64,000 nucleotides of DNA from an uncultured bacterium (lineage in GTDB: Bacteria; Verrucomicrobiota; Verrucomicrobiia; Limisphaerales; UBA8199), in assembly GCA_963749495.1 (NCBI GenBank), contig CAVVMW010000004.1:832001-896000 (forward strand), given 5' to 3'. This document shows, in pieces, positions 41,169 to 50,440 of this stretch (the first letter of the stretch is position 1; every line of letters starts with the position of its first letter). The notes below the pieces were generated by a model, which saw nothing but the letters and a program-made list of their open reading frames with translations, had not been told where the DNA came from and ran no database searches. The translations under genes and the position numbers were made by a program.

Positions 41169-41960
41169 TCATTGGTTCTGAATCCAGAGCCGGTAATACG
41201 AACGGTCCGCGTTGTTGGTATGGGAAAGCGTGATCTGGCCGCCGTTGCCATTCACGGTTGAGACATCCATCCATTGGCCGGCGGGCAGGTTGGTGGAGTA
41301 TTGGAGCGTGTAGCGCAGCAGGCTCGAGGAGTTGAACGACATCTGGATCTGGCCGGCTTGCGGGATCGTGATGCCGTAGAGATTCGTGCGGCACTGGCCG
41401 GGGGTGCAAGTGGAAGCGCATGTGGAACTGCACGTGACAGACGGATAACAAGTGATGCCTCCGCCATAACAGGTGGGGCCCTGGCAGGTGTTCATGGGGG
41501 AACAGGTTGTGCCGCTGCCGCACGTGTCGCCGGTGCACGTGGGCATGCCGCCGGTGGGGCAGAGGGGAAAGCATGTCGGGCCGGCGTGTGTGGTGGGCGG
41601 GCATGGCCCATTGCAGCTCGGCTCCGCCGGGCAGGTCGCGCCGTTCACCGTGACCATAAGGGGCATTGGGACCCTCCTGGGGCCGCCCGCCGGAGTCGCG
41701 GGAGTGGCCTCGGCCGCCAGGCTGTGCCAGCGGGTTCCTTCAATCACGATTATCTCGCCTGCGGTGGGTGCAGCCGGGCGCGCCCGGCCCTGAGCGGCCA
41801 ACGGAACGCGATCCTGGGAGGCGAACTGCGCAAAGGCCTGGTGCACCGAGTCCGCAAACAGCGGCGAATCCTCCGGCTCGTCGAAGCCCGCAGCCACCAC
41901 CTGGCAGGGGCCGGACAGCCCGAAAAGGAGGAGCCACACGAAGGTGCGCGCATTTGCCAT
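41169..41960 (-). CDS. Secreted Thr-Cys repeat protein with a C-terminal sorting-like domain
   Basis: Signal peptide MANARTFVWLLLFGLSG; 83-aa tract (41391-41639) with 15 Cys and 11 TC pairs; ends YTLQYSTNL...W...SYYRL; alternative start 41978. Confidence 0.8.
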   Translation of the reverse strand: MANARTFVWLLLFGLSGPCQVVAAGFDEPEDSPLFADSVHQAFAQFASQDRVPLAAQGRARPAAPTAGEIIVIEGTRWHSLAAEATPATPAGGPRRVPMPLMVTVNGATCPAEPSCNGPCPPTTHAGPTCFPLCPTGGMPTCTGDTCGSGTTCSPMNTCQGPTCYGGGITCYPSVTCSSTCASTCTPGQCRTNLYGITIPQAGQIQMSFNSSSLLRYTLQYSTNLPAGQWMDVSTVNGNGGQITLSHTNNADRSYYRLWIQNQ

Positions 41961-42114
41961 TGAAAATGAGGGCCCCATATGGAGGGTGTTTTGTGTATGA
42001 GCCACTTCACGATGGATGTCGAGCGTTTTCTCGGGTTGTAGGCAGCCCAGGGTGCATCTTGCCTTTACCACCAGCCGGGCGGAAAACGAAAGGACGCCAC
42101 GCGGGCGCCCGGAT

Positions 42115-42340
42115 TCATCCCGGAGGGATGAAAGACGGTAGCCGGGGGTCGAACCGTAGCGAGACCCCCGGTCCATTGGCAATGTGGGTCTGCATCCCGG
42201 AGGGATGCCAGAAGGCCACCTGCTCCATGCGCGCGGGCTTCTGGCACCCCGTTCCGGGGTGCAGGCCCTTCTGCCTGTCAACCGGGGGTCGTGGCGACGC
42301 CACGACCCCCGGCTACCTTCCGGCAACCCTCCGGGTTGCG
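42115..42340. repeat. Multi-unit CATCCCGGAGGGATG palindromic element
   Basis: Same family as 1-88, inverted. Confidence 0.75.
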
Positions 42341-42442
42341 CCGAGTCTTGGCTGGCGTCCGGTTCCGGCCGCTGCTCCTGCCCCGAGATGGCGGTACTGT
42401 CAAGATACGCCCGACAGCCCAGCCACGGAGCGTCGCCAGAAT

Positions 42443-43555
42443 TCAGCCCCTGGCGACAAACACGAAATAGGCCACCAGGATTGACGCCAGCAGGTACGTC
42501 AGCCAGCCGGCCTCGCGGCCCCTGCCGCTCAACAGCTTGATCGCGGCATAGCCGATGATGCCCAGGGCCAGGCCGTCCGCAATCGAATAGGACAGCGGTA
42601 TGCCGACCACGGCCAGAAAGGCGGGAATCGACTCGCTGGCGTCTTTCCAATCAATGCGGGCGGCGCTTTGCAGCATCATCGCGCCAACGATGACCAGCGC
42701 CGGCGCCGTAATGGGAGGATAGCTGCCCACCATCGCAATCAACGGGCTGAAAAACAGCGCCAGCAAAAACAGCGCGGCCACCACCAGCCCGGTCAGGCCC
42801 GTGCGCCCGCCCTGCTCCACCCCGGCGGCGCTCTCGACAAAGCTGGTCACCGTGCTCGTGCCCAGCGCCGCCCCGGCCACGGTTCCCACTGCGTCGGACA
42901 CCATCGCCTCCTTGGCCCGGGGCAGCCGGTTGTCTTTCATGAACCCGGCCTGCTCGCACACGCCGACGAGCGTGCCGATGGAGTCAAAGACCAGCATGAA
43001 CAGGAAGACAAAAACAAACGGCAACATCTGCGGGGCCAGCGCGTGCGGCAGGTCCATCTTCAGAAAGGTCGGGGCCATCGAGGGCGGTGAGCCCACAATG
43101 CCTTTGGCCAATTCAAACCGCTGCACCAGGGCCGAGCCGGCCACGGCCGGAGACGAAGCGGCTCCGGGCACCTGGGGCAGGGCCAACTTCAGCGAGATCG
43201 CCAGCGCCGCCCCGCCCACGATCCCCCACAGAATCGCCCCGCGTGCCTTGCGCGCCTGGAGCACCGACGTCAGCAGCAGCCCAAAGAAAAAGTTCTCCCC
43301 CATGCCCGGCGCCTGCGCGATCGGGTAGCGGGCATAAGCCGCCATGAGCGCCGTGGCCAGCGCTGCCGAAAGGCATGTGGCAGTCGTCACCGCGCCGAAG
43401 TCCATGCCCGTTGGCTTGCCAAACATCGTCCCCGAAAGCACCGCCGGCTGCACGAAGATGATGTAGGCCATCGTCAGAGAAGTGGTCAGCCCAGCCAGCG
43501 CCTCCGTGCGCACGCTGGTCCGGTTCTCTGCCAAACGAAAAAGACGTTCCAACAT
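42443..43555 (-). CDS. NCS2/AzgA-family purine permease with an apparent in-frame internal deletion
   Basis: AGLTTSLTMAYIIFVQP, APGMG, FDSIGTL, TSTVTSFVESAAGVEQGGRTGLT; jumps from GENFFF directly to GLLLTS. Confidence 0.85.
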   Translation of the reverse strand: MLERLFRLAENRTSVRTEALAGLTTSLTMAYIIFVQPAVLSGTMFGKPTGMDFGAVTTATCLSAALATALMAAYARYPIAQAPGMGENFFFGLLLTSVLQARKARGAILWGIVGGAALAISLKLALPQVPGAASSPAVAGSALVQRFELAKGIVGSPPSMAPTFLKMDLPHALAPQMLPFVFVFLFMLVFDSIGTLVGVCEQAGFMKDNRLPRAKEAMVSDAVGTVAGAALGTSTVTSFVESAAGVEQGGRTGLTGLVVAALFLLALFFSPLIAMVGSYPPITAPALVIVGAMMLQSAARIDWKDASESIPAFLAVVGIPLSYSIADGLALGIIGYAAIKLLSGRGREAGWLTYLLASILVAYFVFVARG

Positions 43556-43589
43556 AGCTTCCTGCGCCAGCCTGCTCTAAGAGCGGCTG

Positions 43590-43757
43590 GCAGAAGTAGA
43601 TCAGCTCCGCCACGATTACAGGCAGTACCACGAGAACGACCTCTCCGTTATCGGCCCGTTCCACCAGACGGCGGGCCTTGACCGCCATCTCATGGGGTTC
43701 ACCGGTGAAGAACCTCGCCAGGACGTTCGTGTCAACAAGCTGTCGTTGCACGGCCAC
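43590..43757 (-). pseudogene. Truncated PIN-domain (VapC-like) toxin
   Basis: LVDTNVLARFF...VIVAELIYF, after which similarity stops. Confidence 0.75.
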
Positions 43758-43761
43758 GATT

Positions 43762-44019
43762 TTACTCAACGCCTTCTTTGGCCGCGTGCCGTGCGGCGGC
43801 CCGCGCTGCCGCTTCACGTTCAGCGGCGCGTCCGGGAAACTTTTTGGGCGATTTGATGCTGCCGAACAAATCCAAGGCGCTCGGCTGTGGGCGCACCACC
43901 ACCGTGCCGTCATCACGGAGAGACCAAGAAAGACGTTGCCGAGGTTTGACCTTGAGCGCCTCGCGAATCTCCTGCGGCACCGTGGTTTGCCCTTTATCTG
44001 TCAAAGTCGAGATTGCCAT
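43762..44019 (-). CDS. AbrB/MazE-type antitoxin
   Basis: STLTDKGQTTVPQEIREALKV motif. Confidence 0.88.
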   Translation of the reverse strand: MAISTLTDKGQTTVPQEIREALKVKPRQRLSWSLRDDGTVVVRPQPSALDLFGSIKSPKKFPGRAAEREAAARAAARHAAKEGVE

Positions 44020-44206
44020 CGGTTAATCTTACCTTGCGACATTGCATTGCCGCAAGCACTAAAATTACTCGCACAATCACCATTACCACACAGGCAGGAA
44101 AGCCCGCCCTGCTGGAAGGGGCTCCTGCCCAATCCTGGCAGACGCCGCCGGCGCTCAGCAAGCGTGTTATCCTTCCTTGGGTGGCGCATCTGGACACTCT
44201 GCTCCC

Positions 44207-44398
44207 GGAGTGCGCCCGTCCCCGGGCGCAGCAGCGACGGAGCGGGCAGGCGCGCCGGCGTACTTGGGCGTTGCGCTGGCTGCGGATGTCGCTGCGCCCG
44301 AGGACGGGCGCAGCAGCGACGGAGCGGGCACGCGCGCCGGAGTACTTGGGCGTTGCGCTGGCTGCGGACGTCGCTGCGCCCGAGGACGGGCGCACTCC
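44207..44398. repeat. Tandemly duplicated GGAGTGCGCCCGTCC...GGACGGGCGCACTCC palindrome
   Basis: Other copies at 30762-30820 (partial), 50258-50367, 62652-62761. Confidence 0.88.
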
Positions 44399-44470
44399 CA
44401 TCTCGCCGCAGCCGGTGGGGGCGTTCCCATAAGGCTCGACAATTCGAGCTGTCCGCGCAACACTGTGGGC

Positions 44471-45076
44471 ATGGCTACCGATGCCGATGCCCCGTTGGAT
44501 CTGCTCTGGAAGGAATACGGCCTGGGCTTTCGGGATTTCGACGATCTGACCCTGGCGCGGTGGCTGGCGCAGACCTTGGGCCAGTTGGAGGGCAAGGTCT
44601 GGCGGTTTTCCCATCCGCTGCTGGGGGCTTACCGCCTGGCGGCCCAGTTGGCGCACGAACGCCAGGTCTGGCTCAAGCTCCTGGTGACCCTGCCCGCCGC
44701 CTACCCCGAGTCCGGCTGTTGCCGCGCCCCGATGCTGCCCCTGCTGACTCGCGACGTGCGCGAGACGGGCCTGGTCTGCCTCCATTGCAGCGAGGCGCTG
44801 GTCCCTTTCGAGGAGGTCCCCGCCGCGCTCCGGGCCGAGATCGAGACCTGGTCCGGCCAATACGGCCCCATCCACGCCGTCGCTCACTGGGACGATGCAC
44901 AGCGGCGAAGGGCCAGCGACTACGACCGCGCCTACGAGCGCGCCGCTGAAGAGGCGGAGGTGCTGCTGCGGCAGGCCGGCCAGGTCCTGGCGCCCAAGCT
45001 GCTGGACTTCTACCCCGCGATCGTTTGGGAAGATTCCGATGAGTGCCTCGAAGTCCGCCCCGAGGATGTGCTCTAA
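44471..45076 (+). CDS. Hypothetical protein with a possible metal-binding CC...CxxC motif
   Basis: Coding-like codon bias; SGCCRAP...LVCLHCS. Confidence 0.75.
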   Translation: MATDADAPLDLLWKEYGLGFRDFDDLTLARWLAQTLGQLEGKVWRFSHPLLGAYRLAAQLAHERQVWLKLLVTLPAAYPESGCCRAPMLPLLTRDVRETGLVCLHCSEALVPFEEVPAALRAEIETWSGQYGPIHAVAHWDDAQRRRASDYDRAYERAAEEAEVLLRQAGQVLAPKLLDFYPAIVWEDSDECLEVRPEDVL

Positions 45077-45078
45077 GA

Positions 45079-45202
45079 AAGGCTAAAGGCTAAAGGCTAA
45101 AGGCCAAAGTCGGAAAGGCCGAAGGCTGGAGACCGGCCGAGTGCCAAGCTGGCTTCCGCATCCCTTCGGCACTTCAGCCTTTAGCCTTCAGCCTTTAGCC
45201 TT
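45079..45202. repeat. Inverted pair of (AAGGCTA)n heptamer tracts between convergent genes
   Basis: aaggctaaaggctaaaggcta ... cttcagcctttagccttcagcctttagcctt. Confidence 0.85.
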
Positions 45203-45208
45203 TCCCTA

Positions 45209-45598
45209 TCACGCCTGAAGCCAATAGATAAGGGCGACCTGGATTAGGCAAATGGCGGCGATGGCGAGCCAGGTGAGCCATTCACGGAAGCCGAGGCCGG
45301 TCTGGGAGGTCTGGGCGAGCCAGAATTGGAGCTTGAGGGCGCCAATCTCGATGACGTCCCCGTTTCGCAGGCGCGTTTGGCTGACCGGTTGGCCGTTGAC
45401 GGTCGCCAGGGCCTCGGGTTGGACGCTCAGGAGGAAGCCCTCGCGCCGCTTGAAATCCAGTTGCAGGTGCCGCTCCCACACCCCCGGGTCCTCCAACCGC
45501 AGGTCGGCGGAGGCGGACCGGCCGATCCGTACAGGAAAACGGCGAGCGGCCCAGGAGCCGCCCGCCTTGTTCCCGGAGAGGATGTTCAGTTGGATCAC
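45209..45598 (-). CDS. FHA-domain protein with a C-terminal TM helix
   Basis: IGRS...DPGVWERH...VNGQ...LRNGDVIEIG. Confidence 0.85.
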   Translation of the reverse strand: MIQLNILSGNKAGGSWAARRFPVRIGRSASADLRLEDPGVWERHLQLDFKRREGFLLSVQPEALATVNGQPVSQTRLRNGDVIEIGALKLQFWLAQTSQTGLGFREWLTWLAIAAICLIQVALIYWLQA

Positions 45599-46329
45599 TT
45601 TTGCCAGGGCATGCCCTTGCGTGGAACGATGATCAGGTCGCCCGGATAAACCGGCAGGTCGGCCTTGGGATCCCTCATGGCCTTGATGCAGTCCTCGGTC
45701 TCGATCTTGCCGTTGGAGCGAGTCACCCTCACCTTGCGTTTCCTGGCAAAGTCGGTGAAATCGCCCGCGCTGGCAACGGCCTTGAGGACCGTCATGGCCG
45801 CGCCCGGATAGGCATAGGCGTTAGGGTTTCGGACCTCGCCCTTGATGCTGTAGCGGTAGCTCATTGCCTGGACGGTGACCGTCATGCGTATGTAATACTT
45901 CGGGACGTAGATGTTCCGGATAGCGGTCTCGAGTTCGCCCGTAGTCTTGCCTGCAGCCTGGACTGACTTCTCCAGGGGCAGCGGGATCGAGCCGTCCTCC
46001 TTGATAACCGTTTCTATCGGGAGGAGATTTCCCGCATCGAGGAAGATGATCTTCACAATATCCCCTGGGCGGAGCACTTCGGGGCCGGGCTGCCATTGGT
46101 TGGTGCCCGGCGCGGGGGCGTTGGTGTCGACGGCGCCGGGGGTGGCGCCCGCGCCGGCGCCCGACTGGCTGGCGGTCGGCGCGGCCGTTGCGCCGCCGGG
46201 CGAGTCGCTCGACTGCGCGGTGGGAGTGCGGCACCCGGCCAGGAACATCCCGGCGGCGAGCAGCCCGCAGACCGCGGCGCACTTGCCCAATGTCCGGAGG
46301 ATGCCCAATCTCGATCTCGATCTCATCAT
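45595..46329 (-). CDS. Polysaccharide export lipoprotein (Wza/SLBB)
   Basis: Lipobox LAGC, LRPGD, DGSIPLP, AAGKT, GEVRNP, AGDFT, VYPGDLIIVP. Confidence 0.9.
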   Translation of the reverse strand: MMRSRSRLGILRTLGKCAAVCGLLAAGMFLAGCRTPTAQSSDSPGGATAAPTASQSGAGAGATPGAVDTNAPAPGTNQWQPGPEVLRPGDIVKIIFLDAGNLLPIETVIKEDGSIPLPLEKSVQAAGKTTGELETAIRNIYVPKYYIRMTVTVQAMSYRYSIKGEVRNPNAYAYPGAAMTVLKAVASAGDFTDFARKRKVRVTRSNGKIETEDCIKAMRDPKADLPVYPGDLIIVPRKGMPWQK

Positions 46330-46353
46330 GGAGCCCGTCTTAATTAGATTGAC

Positions 46354-48554
46354 TTAGTACTTTGGCTTGAGGTCCAGCTTGGGTTTGTCTTCCGGGCCGG
46401 CCTTGTCTTTGTCTTTGCTCCCCTTGGGGGCGGCGCCCGAGCCGGAATCGGTCTCGTCGCTGCTGCTGCGGTAGTAGTAGTCGTGGTAGTAACCGCTATA
46501 ATAATAGTAGCTCTCATCCTGCGACATGTTGATGTTGTTCAACACGATGCCGACGAGGTTGCCGCCGACCTTCTCGATGAGCTGCTTGGCGCGGATGTTC
46601 ATCGGCTGCGGGTAGCGGCGGTATTGGATGACCTGCAGGGTCATGTCCACCTCGCTGGCCAGGATGGAGGCGTCGCTGACGCCCATGATCGGCGGGGAAT
46701 CGAAGAAGACGAAGTCGTAGCGCTGTTTGAGGTCGCTGATGAGGTCCTTCATCTGCGCGGAGCTGAGGATGCCCAGCGAACTGCTGGGGAGCTTGCCGCT
46801 GGCCAGGAAGTCCAGGGACGGATTGTTGGTGGTCTGGATGACCTCTTCGAGGCTGTTCTGCTTGAGGAGGTAGTTGGTGAGCCCGATGCTGTTGGTGACG
46901 CGGAGCATCTTGTGGAGGGTGGGCCGGCGCAAGTCGGAGTCCACCACGATGACGCGCTGGCCGCTCTGGGCGAAGATGGAGGCGAGGTTGAAGACGGTGG
47001 TGGACTTGCCCTCGCCGGCGCCGGCGCTGACGACGGCGATGCTGTTGAGCTTGTCGTCTTTGCGGGAGAACAGGATGTTGGTGCGCAGGACGCGGTAGGC
47101 CTCGGCGTGGGGGCTTTCGGCCCCCTCCTCGAGCATGAGGCCCACGTTTTGCGGGATGACGCCTAGCACCGGGGCCTGCAAGGCGCGCTCGACGTCATCA
47201 ATGGTCTTGACGCTGGTGTCGAGGTACTCGATGAAGAACGCCAGGCCAACGCCGACGACCAGGCCGATGATGATGCCCAGGGCGATATTGAGCGGTTTGT
47301 TGGGCCGGACCGGCCTCATGCCCGGCACCGCGTTGTCGATGATGGTCACCATGATGGTCCTGGGCAGCGCCACATCCACGTTCTCCAGGCCGATCTTCAT
47401 CTCGAGCATGCGGCGGAAAGTCAGCAGCTCATCGAGTCTGCGTTTGGCGTCGAAGTAGGGCTGGCTTTCGTTGGCCTTTTTGATGTCCTCCATTTTGGCC
47501 TGTTCCAACTGGTTGCTGAGGGTCATCAGGCCCGAGAGTACGGCCCGGACCCTGACTTCCAGGCTCTTCATGATGCCCTGGACACGCGCATCGATCTTGG
47601 CCTGGAGATCGGCTTGCGAGGCGTAGGCCTTTTTGTAGTCCGGATGGTCCGGGCCGATGTCCTTGACCAGGGCCAGGAGCCGTTGGTCGGCAAAATTCTT
47701 TTGTTCGAGCAGCGAGGCCAGGAGGTTCTCACCGGGGACCGTGTTGGGCAGGGTCTGGACCAGTTCGGCGGGGGTGAGGTTGGTGAGGTTCTCCAGGAGG
47801 GTGCCCTGGCGCACGTACTCGGCCTCGGTCCTCGAGGCGCAGGACGTTGATATGGCGGATGGACTCGGCCGTGAGGAGCGGGGCAATGGCGGATTCACTT
47901 TGGCTGGAGTCGGGGATCCTGAGCGTCCGTCGCAGGAAATCCAGGTTGCTCCGGGCCGTGTTGACCAGCGCTTCCTTTTCACTGAGTTTATCCATCAGGG
48001 CGCTGATGCCGCCCCGGCTCAAGTCGGTCTTCTCCTTTTTGCGGTGCTCGCGGTAGGCAGCGGCGATGGCGTTGGCGATATCGGCGGCTTCCTGGGCTTT
48101 CTCGCTGAAGACCTGGATCTCGATGAGGATGGTGTTGCGAACCGGGTGCAGGGACATCCGGTTCTTGAGCACGCCCATGCACTCCTGCTTGCTGAGCTTG
48201 TCGCCGTTGGCGTATTTCTTGCCCCATTTCTCCTGCAGGCCCTGCTCCTCGACCACCCGGCCCAGGATCAGTTCGGACTGGATGACCTCGAATTCGGTTT
48301 GAATGAAATACGGGTCATAGGTCATGGGCAAGGTGCCCGTGAGGAGGCCGCCGATGTCCGCCTGGTCGCGCTCGACCTTGATGCGGGCGGTGCTCGAGGT
48401 AAGACTCCGGCAGGATGAAGGTGACCAGCGTGGCGGTGATGACCACCAGCAGGAAAACGGCCATGATGACGGTCTTGCGGATGCGGATGATGCGCCAGTA
48501 ATCCAGGAAGTGCAGCTTGGTTTCCTGAGGCGGCGTGACTTTCAGTGGATCCAT
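46354..48554 (-). CDS. Polysaccharide co-polymerase/BY tyrosine autokinase (Wzc-like); frameshifts near 48400 and 47835
   Basis: LHFLDYWRIIR N-terminus, PVRPNK, AEAYRVLRTN, GAGEGKST, DSDLRRP, FDSPP, Tyr cluster SYYYYSGYYHDYYY. Confidence 0.9.
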
Positions 48555-48653
48555 AATACAATATCACTCTCTGACCATGACTAGCACCAAAACGAAAAGG
48601 GGGCTTAGTCGAAACCGCCAAGCCCCCCCGTCAAAACATAATCGCCAGAACAA

Positions 48654-49946
48654 TTAGTAGCTGGCAGTAAGCCCCACGTAAACTCGGTTTCTGTCAAAAC
48701 CACGAAACGCGATCTCCGACTCCAGCCGGTCGTAATTGTAACCAACGTCCGAGGAGACATAGTTGCTGAACCGGTATTGGAGGTCCGCGCCGAAGGAGTA
48801 ATAATTGTCGGTCAGGCTCTGGAACTGGCCGGCATTATAGGCCGAGTCCTGGTACTGGCCAGTCAGGCTGACATAGAGGTTGGGGGCCAGCCGGTGATTG
48901 ACCGTGCCATAGACCGAGGAGGTCTCGGAGTCCAGGGTGAGGGTGCCGTGCGAGCCGTTGCCGATGAGGTCGGTCGCCATGCGGTCGTGGACAAACCCGG
49001 CCTCGACGTAGCTCTCCACGCCGTAGTTCCAGCGCAGGCTCAACTGCACGAAGGGCGTGACGTTGCCGGAGACGGTCGGGTCGTTGTAGTAATCGGTGTA
49101 GCGGGCGCCCACGCGCAGCGAGCCGGTCAACTGTGGGGTGAAGGTCTCATCGGCTCCGACGTAACCGTACTGGCCCCGGCTATTGCGGGATTCGCTGTTG
49201 AAGGCGGTGCCCGGGATGAGGGTTTCGTTGCCCGTGAAATCGGTCTCGCTAAACTGGTAGCCGACAACGCCCACGGTCTGCGGGGTCAACTGCCAGCGGC
49301 TGTCGAGGTGGACCGCGTGTTCGAGGCGGTCCAACAAGCCGGCGAGGCTCGGGGCGGGGTTGTCGTTGGCGTATTTATAAAGGGCGTTGGCGTAGCCCAC
49401 CTCGAAGCCCAGCACCGGGGTGAGTTGGCCGTCGAGGGTGGCGTTGCCGTAATTGCGGATGTTGTTGCCGGAGGCGCGGGCAAAGGTGGCGTACATGTTG
49501 CCGGCGCGCAGGAAGTCCGGTTCCTGGCCGATGACGAACGAGTCGTTCACCTTGGCGTGCCAGAGCTGGTTGAAGGAGTGGTCCAGCGCGGCGTTGAACG
49601 TGTGGGTCATGTCAACCGTGTCCGTGTTGCCCACCGGCTTGAACTGGTAATCCTTGAAGGAGTAAATATAGCCCAGGTTGATGCTGGTCTGCTCCCACGG
49701 CCAGCTCAGGAGGATCGACGGGCTCACCTCGAACCCGAAGGTGCTGCGGTGAAACTTCTCACCGTTGGAGGCGACCAGGGGATTGTCGCTCGAGGCGCTG
49801 TTGATGTTGTCATCGTAGAACCCCCGCAACGTCGCGGAGACGCTCCAGGGCTTCGTACTTACCGATGTCAACCCCGAGTCCGTAGCCGCTTGCAGACCGG
49901 ACGCGCCGAGGGCAACCAAACCGACAGAGGCAACGATTCTTTTCAT
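48654..49946 (-). CDS. Outer-membrane beta-barrel protein of the EPS locus
   Basis: Signal peptide MKRIVAS, YDDNI, beta strands, C-terminal DRNRVYVGLTASY. Confidence 0.85.
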   Translation of the reverse strand: MKRIVASVGLVALGASGLQAATDSGLTSVSTKPWSVSATLRGFYDDNINSASSDNPLVASNGEKFHRSTFGFEVSPSILLSWPWEQTSINLGYIYSFKDYQFKPVGNTDTVDMTHTFNAALDHSFNQLWHAKVNDSFVIGQEPDFLRAGNMYATFARASGNNIRNYGNATLDGQLTPVLGFEVGYANALYKYANDNPAPSLAGLLDRLEHAVHLDSRWQLTPQTVGVVGYQFSETDFTGNETLIPGTAFNSESRNSRGQYGYVGADETFTPQLTGSLRVGARYTDYYNDPTVSGNVTPFVQLSLRWNYGVESYVEAGFVHDRMATDLIGNGSHGTLTLDSETSSVYGTVNHRLAPNLYVSLTGQYQDSAYNAGQFQSLTDNYYSFGADLQYRFSNYVSSDVGYNYDRLESEIAFRGFDRNRVYVGLTASY

Positions 49947-50217
49947 AAAAACTTTATATGCTTGTTCACACCCGCAGAAGCAGTGCCAACACCACATTCA
50001 GCCGACTGGTGTTTTACTGAAAACGCACACCCATGTCAAAAAAAATTTTCGCCGATTTTTTGCCCTTCGCCGCCCAGGGGGTGGCCTCGGCCCAAGGCAC
50101 AATTCCACACGCCCTGCTCAGGACCCGGCGGCAAATGGAACAATTCTGAGATTCAGACCGTGCCGGGCAGGCCCTGTTCAAAACTTTTTCAAGAATTTTC
50201 AGGGTCCCCGTCAGACG

Positions 50218-50382
50218 GGCGCATTCCGACACTGCCCCCGTCGGCTGCGGCGAGATGGGAGTGCGCCCGTCCTCGGGCGCAGCGCCATCCGCAGCCAGGG
50301 CAGCCGTCAAGTACTCCGGCGCACCTGCCCGCTCCGTCGCTGCTGCGCCCGGGGACGGGCGCACTCCGGGGGCAGTGTCGGG
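50218..50382. repeat. GGAGTGCGCCC palindrome inside a GACACTGCCCC/GGGGCAGTGTC wrapper
   Basis: gcattccgacactgccccc ... ggggcagtgtcggg. Confidence 0.8.
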
Positions 50383-50440
50383 TTTTGCCCGTCCGCGGCC
50401 CGACCCGCGCGGGGCGGTGCCGGGATGCCGCCGCTGACGG

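Noticed and set aside
41169..41960. Conventional lanthipeptide cluster
   Set aside because: No LanB/C/M/KC, radical SAM, YcaO or peptidase-transporter nearby, and the precursor has a Sec-type signal. Kept as a novel candidate instead.
41990..42650. N-terminal extension of the TC-repeat ORF to 42650
   Set aside because: It runs through a palindromic repeat and overlaps the NCS2 gene; the signal peptide begins at 41960.
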